Virus record (IMG/VR): IMGVR_UViG_3300005512_000145 | Coordinates: 1-34,957 of that record | Origin: a virus | Lineage: Duplodnaviria > Caudoviricetes | DNA length: 34,957 nucleotides | Strand: one strand, 5' to 3' | Shown: piece by piece, positions 11,004 through 18,682 of the stretch | Layout: every line of letters starts with the position of its first letter | How positions within the stretch are numbered: position 1 is the first letter of the stretch | Made by a program: the position numbers and the translations under genes | Notes under the pieces: model-generated | Seen by the model: the letters and a program-made list of their open reading frames with translations, nothing else | Told to the model about the DNA's origin: nothing | Databases searched by the model: none

Positions 11004-11219
11004 ATGAATGATTATGTGAAGGTGAAAGACAATGATGATTTAGTCAGAGACAAAAATAGTTCTGCTATTCTCAGTGTCGATATGGATGCTCTATCTAAAT
11101 ATAAGATGAGAAGAGAACAAGAACGAAAAAGAAATGAAGAGATTGACGAACTTAAAAAAGATGTTTCAGAAATCAAATCTCTTCTCTTACAAATGATAGA
11201 TAAAGAAGGTAACAAATGA
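11004..11219 (+). CDS. Small coiled-coil protein (71 aa), hypothetical
   Basis: Packed tightly between the VrlC-like gene and fibre 1 (ATGA overlap); LVRD..S.AI N-terminus and heptad-like EIDELKKDVSEIKSLL C-terminus. Confidence 0.75.
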   Translation: MNDYVKVKDNDDLVRDKNSSAILSVDMDALSKYKMRREQERKRNEEIDELKKDVSEIKSLLLQMIDKEGNK

Positions 11220-14200
11220 CTGTTGCAGTATCAAACACAAATCTAAGTGATAGTTTTAATACTTGGAGATTGAATACAAATCTCGCCGCTACTGTTATCA
11301 GTAACAATGTTGTTACTGTAACGAGAGCAGGTTCAGCACAAAGGGGTGGCGTTGCACTTGGTAATGCTCACATTCAAGGTTCATTTAGTGCGACAAATAT
11401 TAGAACATCTACTCTAAAGGGTGGAAATAACTCTACTGGAACAGGTGGAGCATTAACGATTGCGTCAAACACAACTGTATCAGCAACATCTCTTACTGTT
11501 TCTGCTAATGCAACATTCACTGGTAATGTCACATTCACTACTGCTGGCAATGACCGTGTGAATCTTGGCGATGTTTCTCGTTTGATTATCTCAGGTGGAA
11601 CTGCTGGACAGTTTCTCAGACTTTCTGGAGCAACAGATAATCCTGCATTCAAATCACTAACACTCAGAGATATCACTGACCTTTCATCTAATGCTTCAAA
11701 TATTATTCTATCTGGTGCTAACTCTTCATTTACTGCACAAGGTGGTCAACCAGCAGTCGTCTTTTCAAATGGAACAGACTACGCTTATCTACATCTAGCA
11801 TCTGATGTTACTGCTGGCGACTCTGATGTTCATCTAAAACTTGTTGACGCCGCTGGCGATAGTCGTTTTCAGATTGCAGATTCATCAAATAGCATTGTGG
11901 GTCACATCAGTTCTTCTGGTGTTGCAACATTCACTGCTAATGTTGTAGCCGCTGGATTTACTTCAAGCGCAAACATTCTACCAAACTCTGATGATGCAGT
12001 AGACCTTGGTGCGCCTAACAGAGAGTTCAGAAATGTCTATATTGATGGCATTGCATATGTCGATGAACTTTCAATGGGAACATCTGCTGGTCAAGGCGTT
12101 TCTACTTCACTTATTCCTAAAACAGATGCCGCAGGAAATCTAGGTTCTGCTACTCGTAAATGGGGAACAGTCTGGGCAGATAATACAAACGGTGGCGCTG
12201 GTGTATTCAATACACTTGGTGTGAGTGGTGCTTTCACTGCTAACGGAACTGCAACATTTAATGGCGGTTTTGCACTAAATGGCAATGTAGACATTGGTGA
12301 TAGTGCGGCTGATACACTTACAATTACAGCACAAGTTGATTCAGACTTTGATCCACAGACAGGATCACAGAGAAGTATGGGTGCAACTGACAATCGTTGG
12401 CACGAAATCTATGCGAATACTCTATATGCTAATACAATAACAACCGATAACAATCTCACTGTAGGTGGTGACTTGACTGTTACTGGTGCGACATCTCTTG
12501 CATCAGGACAAACATTTACTTCACCGATTGGAAGATTTACAAATCTTGTATCGACAACTTCTGCTGATTTTGAGGGTAATGTAACTCTTGGTAGTGACAA
12601 TACAGACAACATCGTTATTAATGGTCTCATAGATTCCAGCATTATTCCTGACGATGATGATAGTTTTGACTTGGGTAGTGCATCAAAAGAGTGGAGAAAT
12701 CTTTATGTAGATGGAACTGCTTCTATTGATACGCTGACAGTCGATGTCGCCGCAACACTTGGTGGTGACAGAGCAACAGTTTCTGGTAATGCTCATATCA
12801 CAGGCACAGCATTTATCGGTGGTGGTATCAAAGATGGTGCTACTACAGTAATCGGCGCAAACGCTAAACTACACGCAAACAACACCATCACCGCTAAGAC
12901 AATCACAACTACGATGATTGCTAACACGATGACAAGTGGTGGTAACTTTGGCTCTGCTACACAGATTCCTATCATTAATGTAAATGATAGAGGACAAGTC
13001 ACTGGCATTTCTGAAACAAATGTTGCTGGTGTCAGTGGAATAACTTACACTTCAGCAAATAACAATCTACGCATTTCAACTGCTGATGGAACGACTTATG
13101 ATGATGTCATCGACCCAGCAACAACTTCTGTAAGAGGTGTTGCATCGTTTGATAGCGGCGACTTTGATGTTTCTTCTGGTGCAGTCTCACTCAAGAATGC
13201 CGCTACTGGTGCTGTTCTTGCTATCTCTGCTACTGCAAATGAGACAACAGTGTCTCGCACAAATGGCACAGTCACAGTTGGTCTCCCAGATGATGTAACA
13301 ATCGCTGGTCAGTTGAATGTCGGTGAGAATGTTATTGTAACTGGTAACTTGATTGTTTCAGGAACGACAACCACTGTCAACTCAGAAACTGTAAATATTG
13401 CTGATAACATTATTGTTCTAAACAGTAATGAGAGTGGCACACCTTCTCAGAATGGTGGTATCACTATTGAGCGTGGAACAGCAACTAACTATTCATTCTT
13501 GTTTGATGAATCAAACGATAGATGGACACTTGGTGATAGAAATCTCGTTGCTAACACCTTTATTGGTACCGCTACTGCTGTTGCTGATAACTCTGTTGCT
13601 CTTGGAACAAAGACAACTGGTGATTATGTTGCATCATTTACAGTAGGAACTGGACTTGACACAACTACAGCAACTGGCGAAGGTTCAACACCAAATATCA
13701 CACTGGACTTGTCAGAACTATCCACCTCAACCACAGATGGTGATGGTGACTTCTTTGTTGTTGTTGATGCATCTAATGTTCAGAGAAAACTCACCAAAGG
13801 TAACATTGCAATCTCTGGCTTTAATACTACTAACGGTATTGCGCTAGGCACAGACACAACTGGCAACTATGTTGCTACTATTACCGCTGGAACTGGTCTT
13901 GCATCATCTGGTGCGACATCAGGTGAAAGTATTGCTCACACACTCTCACTAGACATGAGTGAGTTGACCGATATGACCGCAACGATGGTTGGAACAGACG
14001 AGTTTATTGTTCTAGATGCCGGCGCAGACAGACGCAAAGCGGCGAACGAAATTGGACTAAGTATCTTCAACAACGATGCTGGTTTCTCTACCACAACTGG
14101 TACTGTAACATCAGTCACCGTTGCTGCCGGCAGTGGACTTGATACCGGAGGAACTGTAACTACTTCTGGAACAATTACTCTAAATATTGAGTCAGATTTG

Positions 14201-14644
14201 CGTGGTGATGCATGGATCATTGGTAGAGATACTAGCGATTATTATTCAATTGGCACAACTACACATGATTGGTATCTAGATGGCGTCTTAGACATGCGTC
14301 TTGAAAACGATGGAGACTTGCATGTCGATGGTGATGTGGTCGCTTTCTCAACAACAACTTCTTCGGACGAAAAACTCAAAGATAATATCACACTTGTAGA
14401 TGATGCTCTTGCTAAAGTTGAGCAACTCCGTGGTGTTGAGTTTGACTGGAAGAAAGATGGTTCTAGAAGCGCAGGTGTCATTGCTCAGGATGTAGAAAAA
14501 GTTCTTCCTCAAGCAGTAAAAACTGTAAGCGATTTGAATAGTGAAGAAGAATATAAAACGGTTAAATATGATGCGCTACACGCACTACTCATCGAAGCAG
14601 TGAAAGAACTTTCCGCAAGAGTTAAAGAACTAGAGAGCAAGTAA
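11216..14644 (+). CDS. Tail fibre protein 1 with C-terminal intramolecular chaperone (peptidase S74-like) domain (1142 aa)
   Basis: N-terminal SDSFNTWRLNTN anchor-like motif; T/G/S/A-rich beta repeats; C-terminal SDEKLKDNI...GVIAQDVEKVLP...LIEAVKEL autochaperone with the SD site at 14363. Confidence 0.85.
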   Translation: MTVAVSNTNLSDSFNTWRLNTNLAATVISNNVVTVTRAGSAQRGGVALGNAHIQGSFSATNIRTSTLKGGNNSTGTGGALTIASNTTVSATSLTVSANATFTGNVTFTTAGNDRVNLGDVSRLIISGGTAGQFLRLSGATDNPAFKSLTLRDITDLSSNASNIILSGANSSFTAQGGQPAVVFSNGTDYAYLHLASDVTAGDSDVHLKLVDAAGDSRFQIADSSNSIVGHISSSGVATFTANVVAAGFTSSANILPNSDDAVDLGAPNREFRNVYIDGIAYVDELSMGTSAGQGVSTSLIPKTDAAGNLGSATRKWGTVWADNTNGGAGVFNTLGVSGAFTANGTATFNGGFALNGNVDIGDSAADTLTITAQVDSDFDPQTGSQRSMGATDNRWHEIYANTLYANTITTDNNLTVGGDLTVTGATSLASGQTFTSPIGRFTNLVSTTSADFEGNVTLGSDNTDNIVINGLIDSSIIPDDDDSFDLGSASKEWRNLYVDGTASIDTLTVDVAATLGGDRATVSGNAHITGTAFIGGGIKDGATTVIGANAKLHANNTITAKTITTTMIANTMTSGGNFGSATQIPIINVNDRGQVTGISETNVAGVSGITYTSANNNLRISTADGTTYDDVIDPATTSVRGVASFDSGDFDVSSGAVSLKNAATGAVLAISATANETTVSRTNGTVTVGLPDDVTIAGQLNVGENVIVTGNLIVSGTTTTVNSETVNIADNIIVLNSNESGTPSQNGGITIERGTATNYSFLFDESNDRWTLGDRNLVANTFIGTATAVADNSVALGTKTTGDYVASFTVGTGLDTTTATGEGSTPNITLDLSELSTSTTDGDGDFFVVVDASNVQRKLTKGNIAISGFNTTNGIALGTDTTGNYVATITAGTGLASSGATSGESIAHTLSLDMSELTDMTATMVGTDEFIVLDAGADRRKAANEIGLSIFNNDAGFSTTTGTVTSVTVAAGSGLDTGGTVTTSGTITLNIESDLRGDAWIIGRDTSDYYSIGTTTHDWYLDGVLDMRLENDGDLHVDGDVVAFSTTTSSDEKLKDNITLVDDALAKVEQLRGVEFDWKKDGSRSAGVIAQDVEKVLPQAVKTVSDLNSEEEYKTVKYDALHALLIEAVKELSARVKELESK
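11975..12715 (+). repeat. Four copies of a fibre repeat (IxPxxDxxxDLGSxxxxWxxxY) in fibre 1
   Basis: ILPNSDDAVDLGAPNREFRNVY, LIPKTDAAGNLGSATRKWGTVW, FDPQTGSQRSMGATDNRWHEIY, IIPDDDDSFDLGSASKEWRNLY; a fifth copy (IIPSANNTYNLGSAERAFSELF) is in the 208-aa ORF. Confidence 0.8.
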
Positions 14645-14982
14645 TGGCCGCTAAAGCAAACATAGTTATCGAACAGGGCACAGATTATTCCACAACTCTT
14701 ACGGTTCAAGGAACTGATGGAACTGCTACTGATTTGACTGGATATACTGGTGCTGGACAAATCAGAAAGCATTATACATCTAATACTGCTATAAACTTTA
14801 CTATATCTTTTGGAACTCCAAGAAGTGATGGACAATTGACTCTTTCATTAGGAAGAGTAACTACTGCTAACATGGAATCTGGTCGTTATGTCTATGATGT
14901 TGAGATTACAAACTCTGCTAATACTCGCTCAAGACTAGTTGAGGGTATTGTCACTATCACACCAGAGGTTACTAAGTCATAG
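14644..14982 (+). CDS. Small beta-rich virion protein (112 aa), BppU-N/Ig-like fibre anchor candidate
   Basis: Pattern ANIVIEQG.D...DLTGYT..GQIRK...G.LTLSL...T....GRYVYDVEI...LVEG.VT.TP.VT is typical of small phage Ig-like anchor proteins; TAATG-coupled to fibre 1. Confidence 0.6.
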   Translation: MAAKANIVIEQGTDYSTTLTVQGTDGTATDLTGYTGAGQIRKHYTSNTAINFTISFGTPRSDGQLTLSLGRVTTANMESGRYVYDVEITNSANTRSRLVEGIVTITPEVTKS

Positions 14983-14991
14983 AGGACTCTT

Positions 14992-14999
14992 TATAAATA
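14992..14999 (+). promoter_or_regulatory. T4-type late promoter
   Basis: Exact TATAAATA in the intergenic gap, followed by SD AAGGAG (15007-15012) and ATG at 15020. Confidence 0.85.
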
Positions 15000-15019
15000 T
15001 GTAGACAAGGAGAGTCTAA

Positions 15020-15283
15020 ATGGCAACAGTAAAATTTTCACCAGCACAAAACAATTTTAAAGTAACCTTCCAAGGTGCTTCACAAGAAGTGACACTAAAG
15101 AATCAGGTCACTGCTGGTTCACGCTTGGATAGTCTTTCTGATGTGAATACTTCAGTATCACAAGCAAATGGTTCTATTCTTGTATATGATGCTGACACTG
15201 ATACATATGTGCAAAGAGCAATTTTAACATTTGATCCTGCGAGTGGTGCTTTCAATCTTGATGGTGGAGAGGACGGCTTCTAA
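15020..15283 (+). CDS. Small fibre-associated adaptor protein (87 aa)
   Basis: Strong SD; fibre-type RLDSLSDVN...NGSILVYD motif; C-terminal LDGGEDGF. Confidence 0.7.
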   Translation: MATVKFSPAQNNFKVTFQGASQEVTLKNQVTAGSRLDSLSDVNTSVSQANGSILVYDADTDTYVQRAILTFDPASGAFNLDGGEDGF

Positions 15284-15687
15284 TGGCAAATACTGTAATT
15301 CAGGTTAAGCGAAGTCAAAATACTGCCGCACCTCCAAGTCTTGCTAACGGTGAAATCGCTTACTCATATTCTTCTAACAAACTGTTTATTGGACAGACTG
15401 ATACTGCTGCCTCACCAGTAAGTGTTGAGTATATTGGTGGTAAACTTCTTGTCGATAAAGTTGCTAATCTTGAATCTATTGTGATTGGTGGTGCGTCTGG
15501 TGATGCTACTCATGCAAATGTCACTATTACAAGCACGATGATACTTCAAAACTATACAAACAATAGTGTGTTGATTGTAAAGACTGGTGGTGTTGTCGAA
15601 GGTATTACTGGTTCATCTGGTAAAGTTATGCAGATTGCATCAAATAATACTCCTGTATTCGATGACTTAGATGGTGGTTCTTTTTAA
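15283..15687 (+). CDS. Fibre-associated protein with N-terminal Mtd-N/hyaluronidase-like attachment domain (134 aa)
   Basis: N-terminus VIQVKRS...APPSLANGEIAY....KLFIG; C-terminus LDGGSF; TAATG overlap with the previous gene. Confidence 0.7.
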   Translation: MANTVIQVKRSQNTAAPPSLANGEIAYSYSSNKLFIGQTDTAASPVSVEYIGGKLLVDKVANLESIVIGGASGDATHANVTITSTMILQNYTNNSVLIVKTGGVVEGITGSSGKVMQIASNNTPVFDDLDGGSF

Positions 15688-15696
15688 GGTGATATA

Positions 15697-15981
15697 ATGG
15701 ACGACTATAGAGATGATGCTGTAAATTATGCAAAACTTGTTGTTGATTTAAAAAATGAAATAGACAGACAAAATGAAGTAATTAAAAATCTGCAAAACTA
15801 TATTGATATACAGAAAAAGATGCCTGTTCCCTTAGATGTTGTCAAACAAGTTGCAGAGATGAAAGAAGAAATAAGTAAACTTAAAGATGAAGTGAATTAC
15901 TATAAGAAACATCTTCCAAGTTCGGTAATTATAAATAGAGAAAAGAATAATACCACTCGCAAGGGGAGTGGACTCAGATAA
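15697..15981 (+). CDS. Coiled-coil hypothetical protein (94 aa)
   Basis: SD AAGGTG upstream; two heptad-rich segments; K/E/N-rich and more AT-rich than its neighbours. Confidence 0.65.
   Translation: MDDYRDDAVNYAKLVVDLKNEIDRQNEVIKNLQNYIDIQKKMPVPLDVVKQVAEMKEEISKLKDEVNYYKKHLPSSVIINREKNNTTRKGSGLR
15930..15937 (+). promoter_or_regulatory. T4-type late promoter inside the 94-aa ORF
   Basis: Exact TATAAATA about 60 nt upstream of the ATG at 15999, which has an AGGAG SD. Confidence 0.7.
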
Positions 15982-15998
15982 CTTAGGAGTGACGGAAA

Positions 15999-17207
15999 AT
16001 GGCTTCCATTATTAAACTAAAGCGTTCATCTTCAGCGGGTGCCGCACCAGGCAGCCTAGAGACAGGTGAAATTGCTGTAAACTTATTTGACAGACGACTA
16101 TATGTTGGTAACGGTGCTGGTGTTACTGCTGTTGGTGGTGAGACATTCGCCCTTACAGTTGATGAACCAACTACTGGTGCTGGTGCATACATCAAATTGC
16201 TTGGAGAAACTACTCCAACAACTAACAGTGTTCTACTTCAGGCTGGCACAGACTTAGATATTACCAAGCAAGCAAACGGTTCTATTCTATTTGAACTTGA
16301 AGATACAATTTCATCTAATACAACTGGTAGTGCGGCAACTCTAACAACTGCTAGAGCAATTCAACTTTCTGGAGATGTAACTGGTACAGCAAACTTTGAT
16401 GGTTCTGCTGGTATTAACATCTCAACTACAATTGCGGCTGATAGTGTAGCACTTGGCACAGACACAACTGGCGATTATATCGAAAGCATCTCTGCTTCCA
16501 ACTCTTCAGTTGTCATCACTGGTGGTAGTGGTGAAGGGTCTACACCAACTGTTGCTCTTGGCGACAATATTGGCGCTAACACCTCTGGTAATGCCGCAAC
16601 AGCAACGAAACTTGCTACAGCAAGAGCGATTCAGGTTTCTGGTGATGTTGCTGGTACTGCTAACTTTGATGGTAGTTCTGCAATCAATATTGCAGTCACA
16701 CAGCAAGCAGATTCAGTTGACCTTGGCACACATACGACAGGTAACTATGTTGCAACTGTTGCTGGTACTGCTAACGAGATTGAAGTATCAGGCTCTGGTT
16801 CTGAAACTGCGGCAGTTACAATTGGTCTTCCAAACGATGTAACAATTGGCAATGACTTGACAGTTACAGGTGCTGCTAGTGTTGGTGGTAATCTATCAGT
16901 CGATGGTAACTTGGAAGTTCAAGGCGCTGTAACATACATTTCTTCATCAACGGTTAATGTTGATGACAGTATGCTTAAACTTTCTGCTAACAACGCCGCA
17001 GACACAGTAGATACTGGTGTCTATGGTAAGTATGTTGTAAGTGGAAACAGTGCTATCCAATATGCTGGTTACTTCAGAGATGCTGGCGATGGTGTATTTA
17101 AGTTCTACACTGGTCTAGATGCAGAACCAACAACTACAGTTAATACAAGCGACACTGGCTATGGACTAGCACAGTTGGACGCTATTATTGACGGCGGAAC
17201 ATATTAA
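15999..17207 (+). CDS. Fibre-like protein (402 aa) with N-terminal IKLKRS attachment domain
   Basis: N-terminus IIKLKRSS..GAAPGSLETGEIAVN..DRRLYVG; two TARAIQxSGDVxGTANFDGS fibre repeats; C-terminus IIDGGTY. Confidence 0.75.
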   Translation: MASIIKLKRSSSAGAAPGSLETGEIAVNLFDRRLYVGNGAGVTAVGGETFALTVDEPTTGAGAYIKLLGETTPTTNSVLLQAGTDLDITKQANGSILFELEDTISSNTTGSAATLTTARAIQLSGDVTGTANFDGSAGINISTTIAADSVALGTDTTGDYIESISASNSSVVITGGSGEGSTPTVALGDNIGANTSGNAATATKLATARAIQVSGDVAGTANFDGSSAINIAVTQQADSVDLGTHTTGNYVATVAGTANEIEVSGSGSETAAVTIGLPNDVTIGNDLTVTGAASVGGNLSVDGNLEVQGAVTYISSSTVNVDDSMLKLSANNAADTVDTGVYGKYVVSGNSAIQYAGYFRDAGDGVFKFYTGLDAEPTTTVNTSDTGYGLAQLDAIIDGGTY

Positions 17208-17264
17208 AACTATATAATTATATTAGACGGTCTTTATAGACATTGAACAAGGAGAGCCATAGAT

Positions 17265-17993
17265 ATGGCGTCAGTAGTAAAAATAAAGCGCAGTGCCGTT
17301 CAAGGCAAGGCGCCAACCACTAGTGATATCACAGCGGGCGAAATTGCTCTTAATACCAGAGATGGTAAACTATTTTCGTCTGATGGCTCTTCTGTTTTTG
17401 AAATTGGTGCTAATACGACATCCTCAACGATTGGCACACTGACTGTTGGTAATACAAATCCATTTACATTACCTACCACAGATGGTTCAGATGGTCAAGT
17501 TCTGAAGACAAACGGTTCTGGAACTGTAACTTGGCAAGATGATGCTAGACAGACATTAACTGTAAATGCAAACACTAGTATCAATACTGCAACTATTGTT
17601 GATAGATTCGCAAAAGCAAGTTATAGAAGTGCTAAGTATACTGCTCAAGTTTCTAATATTGATGGGCATCAAGTATCTGATGTCCTAGTTCTTCATAGCA
17701 ACAATACTGTCCACTTTACAGAATTTGGACAACTTTGTGTTTCTAGCAAAGCAAGTCTTGGTAATTTTGGAGCGACAATCGTTGGTGCAAATGTGAATCT
17801 AACATTCACGCCCACAACTGCCGCATATCATTCAGTTATATCTCTTAATAGAACATTGATTGAAGTCAATGATGCTGAGGCCTTTGAAGGCGATGCTGCC
17901 CAAGACTTTGAAAATGACAATGGTGGTGTAATTGATTTGGGTTCTGTTGCTGAAGCGTCAACCGCTTCAGATGATTGGGGTAGCGTAGCATAG
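17265..17993 (+). CDS. Fibre-associated protein (242 aa) with N-terminal VKIKRS domain and a YRSAKY-type beta domain
   Basis: N-terminus VVKIKRSAVQGKAPT....GEIALN..DGKLF; LPTTDGSDGQVLKTNGSGTVTW fibre motif; DRFAKASYRSAKYTAQV domain; C-terminal DLGSV...DWGSVA; SD AAGGAG. Confidence 0.75.
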   Translation: MASVVKIKRSAVQGKAPTTSDITAGEIALNTRDGKLFSSDGSSVFEIGANTTSSTIGTLTVGNTNPFTLPTTDGSDGQVLKTNGSGTVTWQDDARQTLTVNANTSINTATIVDRFAKASYRSAKYTAQVSNIDGHQVSDVLVLHSNNTVHFTEFGQLCVSSKASLGNFGATIVGANVNLTFTPTTAAYHSVISLNRTLIEVNDAEAFEGDAAQDFENDNGGVIDLGSVAEASTASDDWGSVA

Positions 17994-17999
17994 AGTTAT

Positions 18000-18007
18000 T
18001 ATAAATA
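18000..18007 (+). promoter_or_regulatory. T4-type late promoter
   Basis: Exact TATAAATA in the intergenic gap before the GTG at 18041. Confidence 0.85.
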
Positions 18008-18040
18008 ACATTTAATATAGCAATAGGGGAAAGTGAACCT

Positions 18041-18667
18041 GTGGCACAAAAAAACTTTGTAGTAAAAAACGGTCTTAGTGTAAACACACTAGAGATTATA
18101 GATTCTAACGGTAACATTACCGCCAACACCATAACTGGTGCATTACAGAATGCTAATCTCGGTGGAACTACAACAATCGTTATTCTAAATGTCACTGGCA
18201 ATACCGCTCTAGGCAATGTTGCTCTCTCAGGTGATATCATTCCCTCTGCTAATAACACATATAATTTAGGCTCTGCTGAAAGAGCATTTAGTGAATTATT
18301 TTTGTCTGGTGGAACAATCACTCTGGGTGGTGTTGCACTAAAAGAAAGCGGTGCTGGCGGCACACTTGAAATTTCAGATAAAAATGATCCTACTGCGAAT
18401 GTTGTAATTTCAGCAAATGCAGGAATCGTAATAAATGGTGTTACTTCTGTCAGAAATGACGGAAGACTTGGTGATGATGTTTTGGGAACAGGCTTTACAG
18501 ATAGCACACTCACTCAGTTTCCTACAGGTGATTATGATGGAGATGATGCTTTTGTAGGACAAACACAGTTATCAACCGATCCTTTTGGTGTTCTAACAGC
18601 AAATACATATAGTATGATGGAGCCAAAGGGTAGACAGAAGACACAAGATTTAGGAACAGTTACTTAG
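18041..18667 (+). CDS. Fibre-associated protein (208 aa, GTG start)
   Basis: SD GGGGA at 18026-18030; N-terminus KNFVVKNGL; one IIP..NNTYNLGS fibre repeat; C-terminus DLGTVT. Confidence 0.7.
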   Translation: MAQKNFVVKNGLSVNTLEIIDSNGNITANTITGALQNANLGGTTTIVILNVTGNTALGNVALSGDIIPSANNTYNLGSAERAFSELFLSGGTITLGGVALKESGAGGTLEISDKNDPTANVVISANAGIVINGVTSVRNDGRLGDDVLGTGFTDSTLTQFPTGDYDGDDAFVGQTQLSTDPFGVLTANTYSMMEPKGRQKTQDLGTVT

Positions 18668-18682
18668 TAAGGGATTAAAAGA

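Noticed and set aside
17212-17241. Palindrome ATATAATTATAT (containing TATAATTA) and mini-hairpin GTCT-TTAT-AGAC upstream of the 242-aa gene
   Set aside because: AT-only palindrome with a mismatch in the promoter core and a 4-bp stem; too weak to call.
17866-18513. 215-aa minus-strand ORF, and other minus-strand ORFs such as 914-1351, 20152-20601 and 30930-31202
   Set aside because: They are antisense shadows of strongly codon-biased plus-strand genes, with P/V/S-rich translations and no recognisable motifs; all promoters and terminators found point to the + strand.
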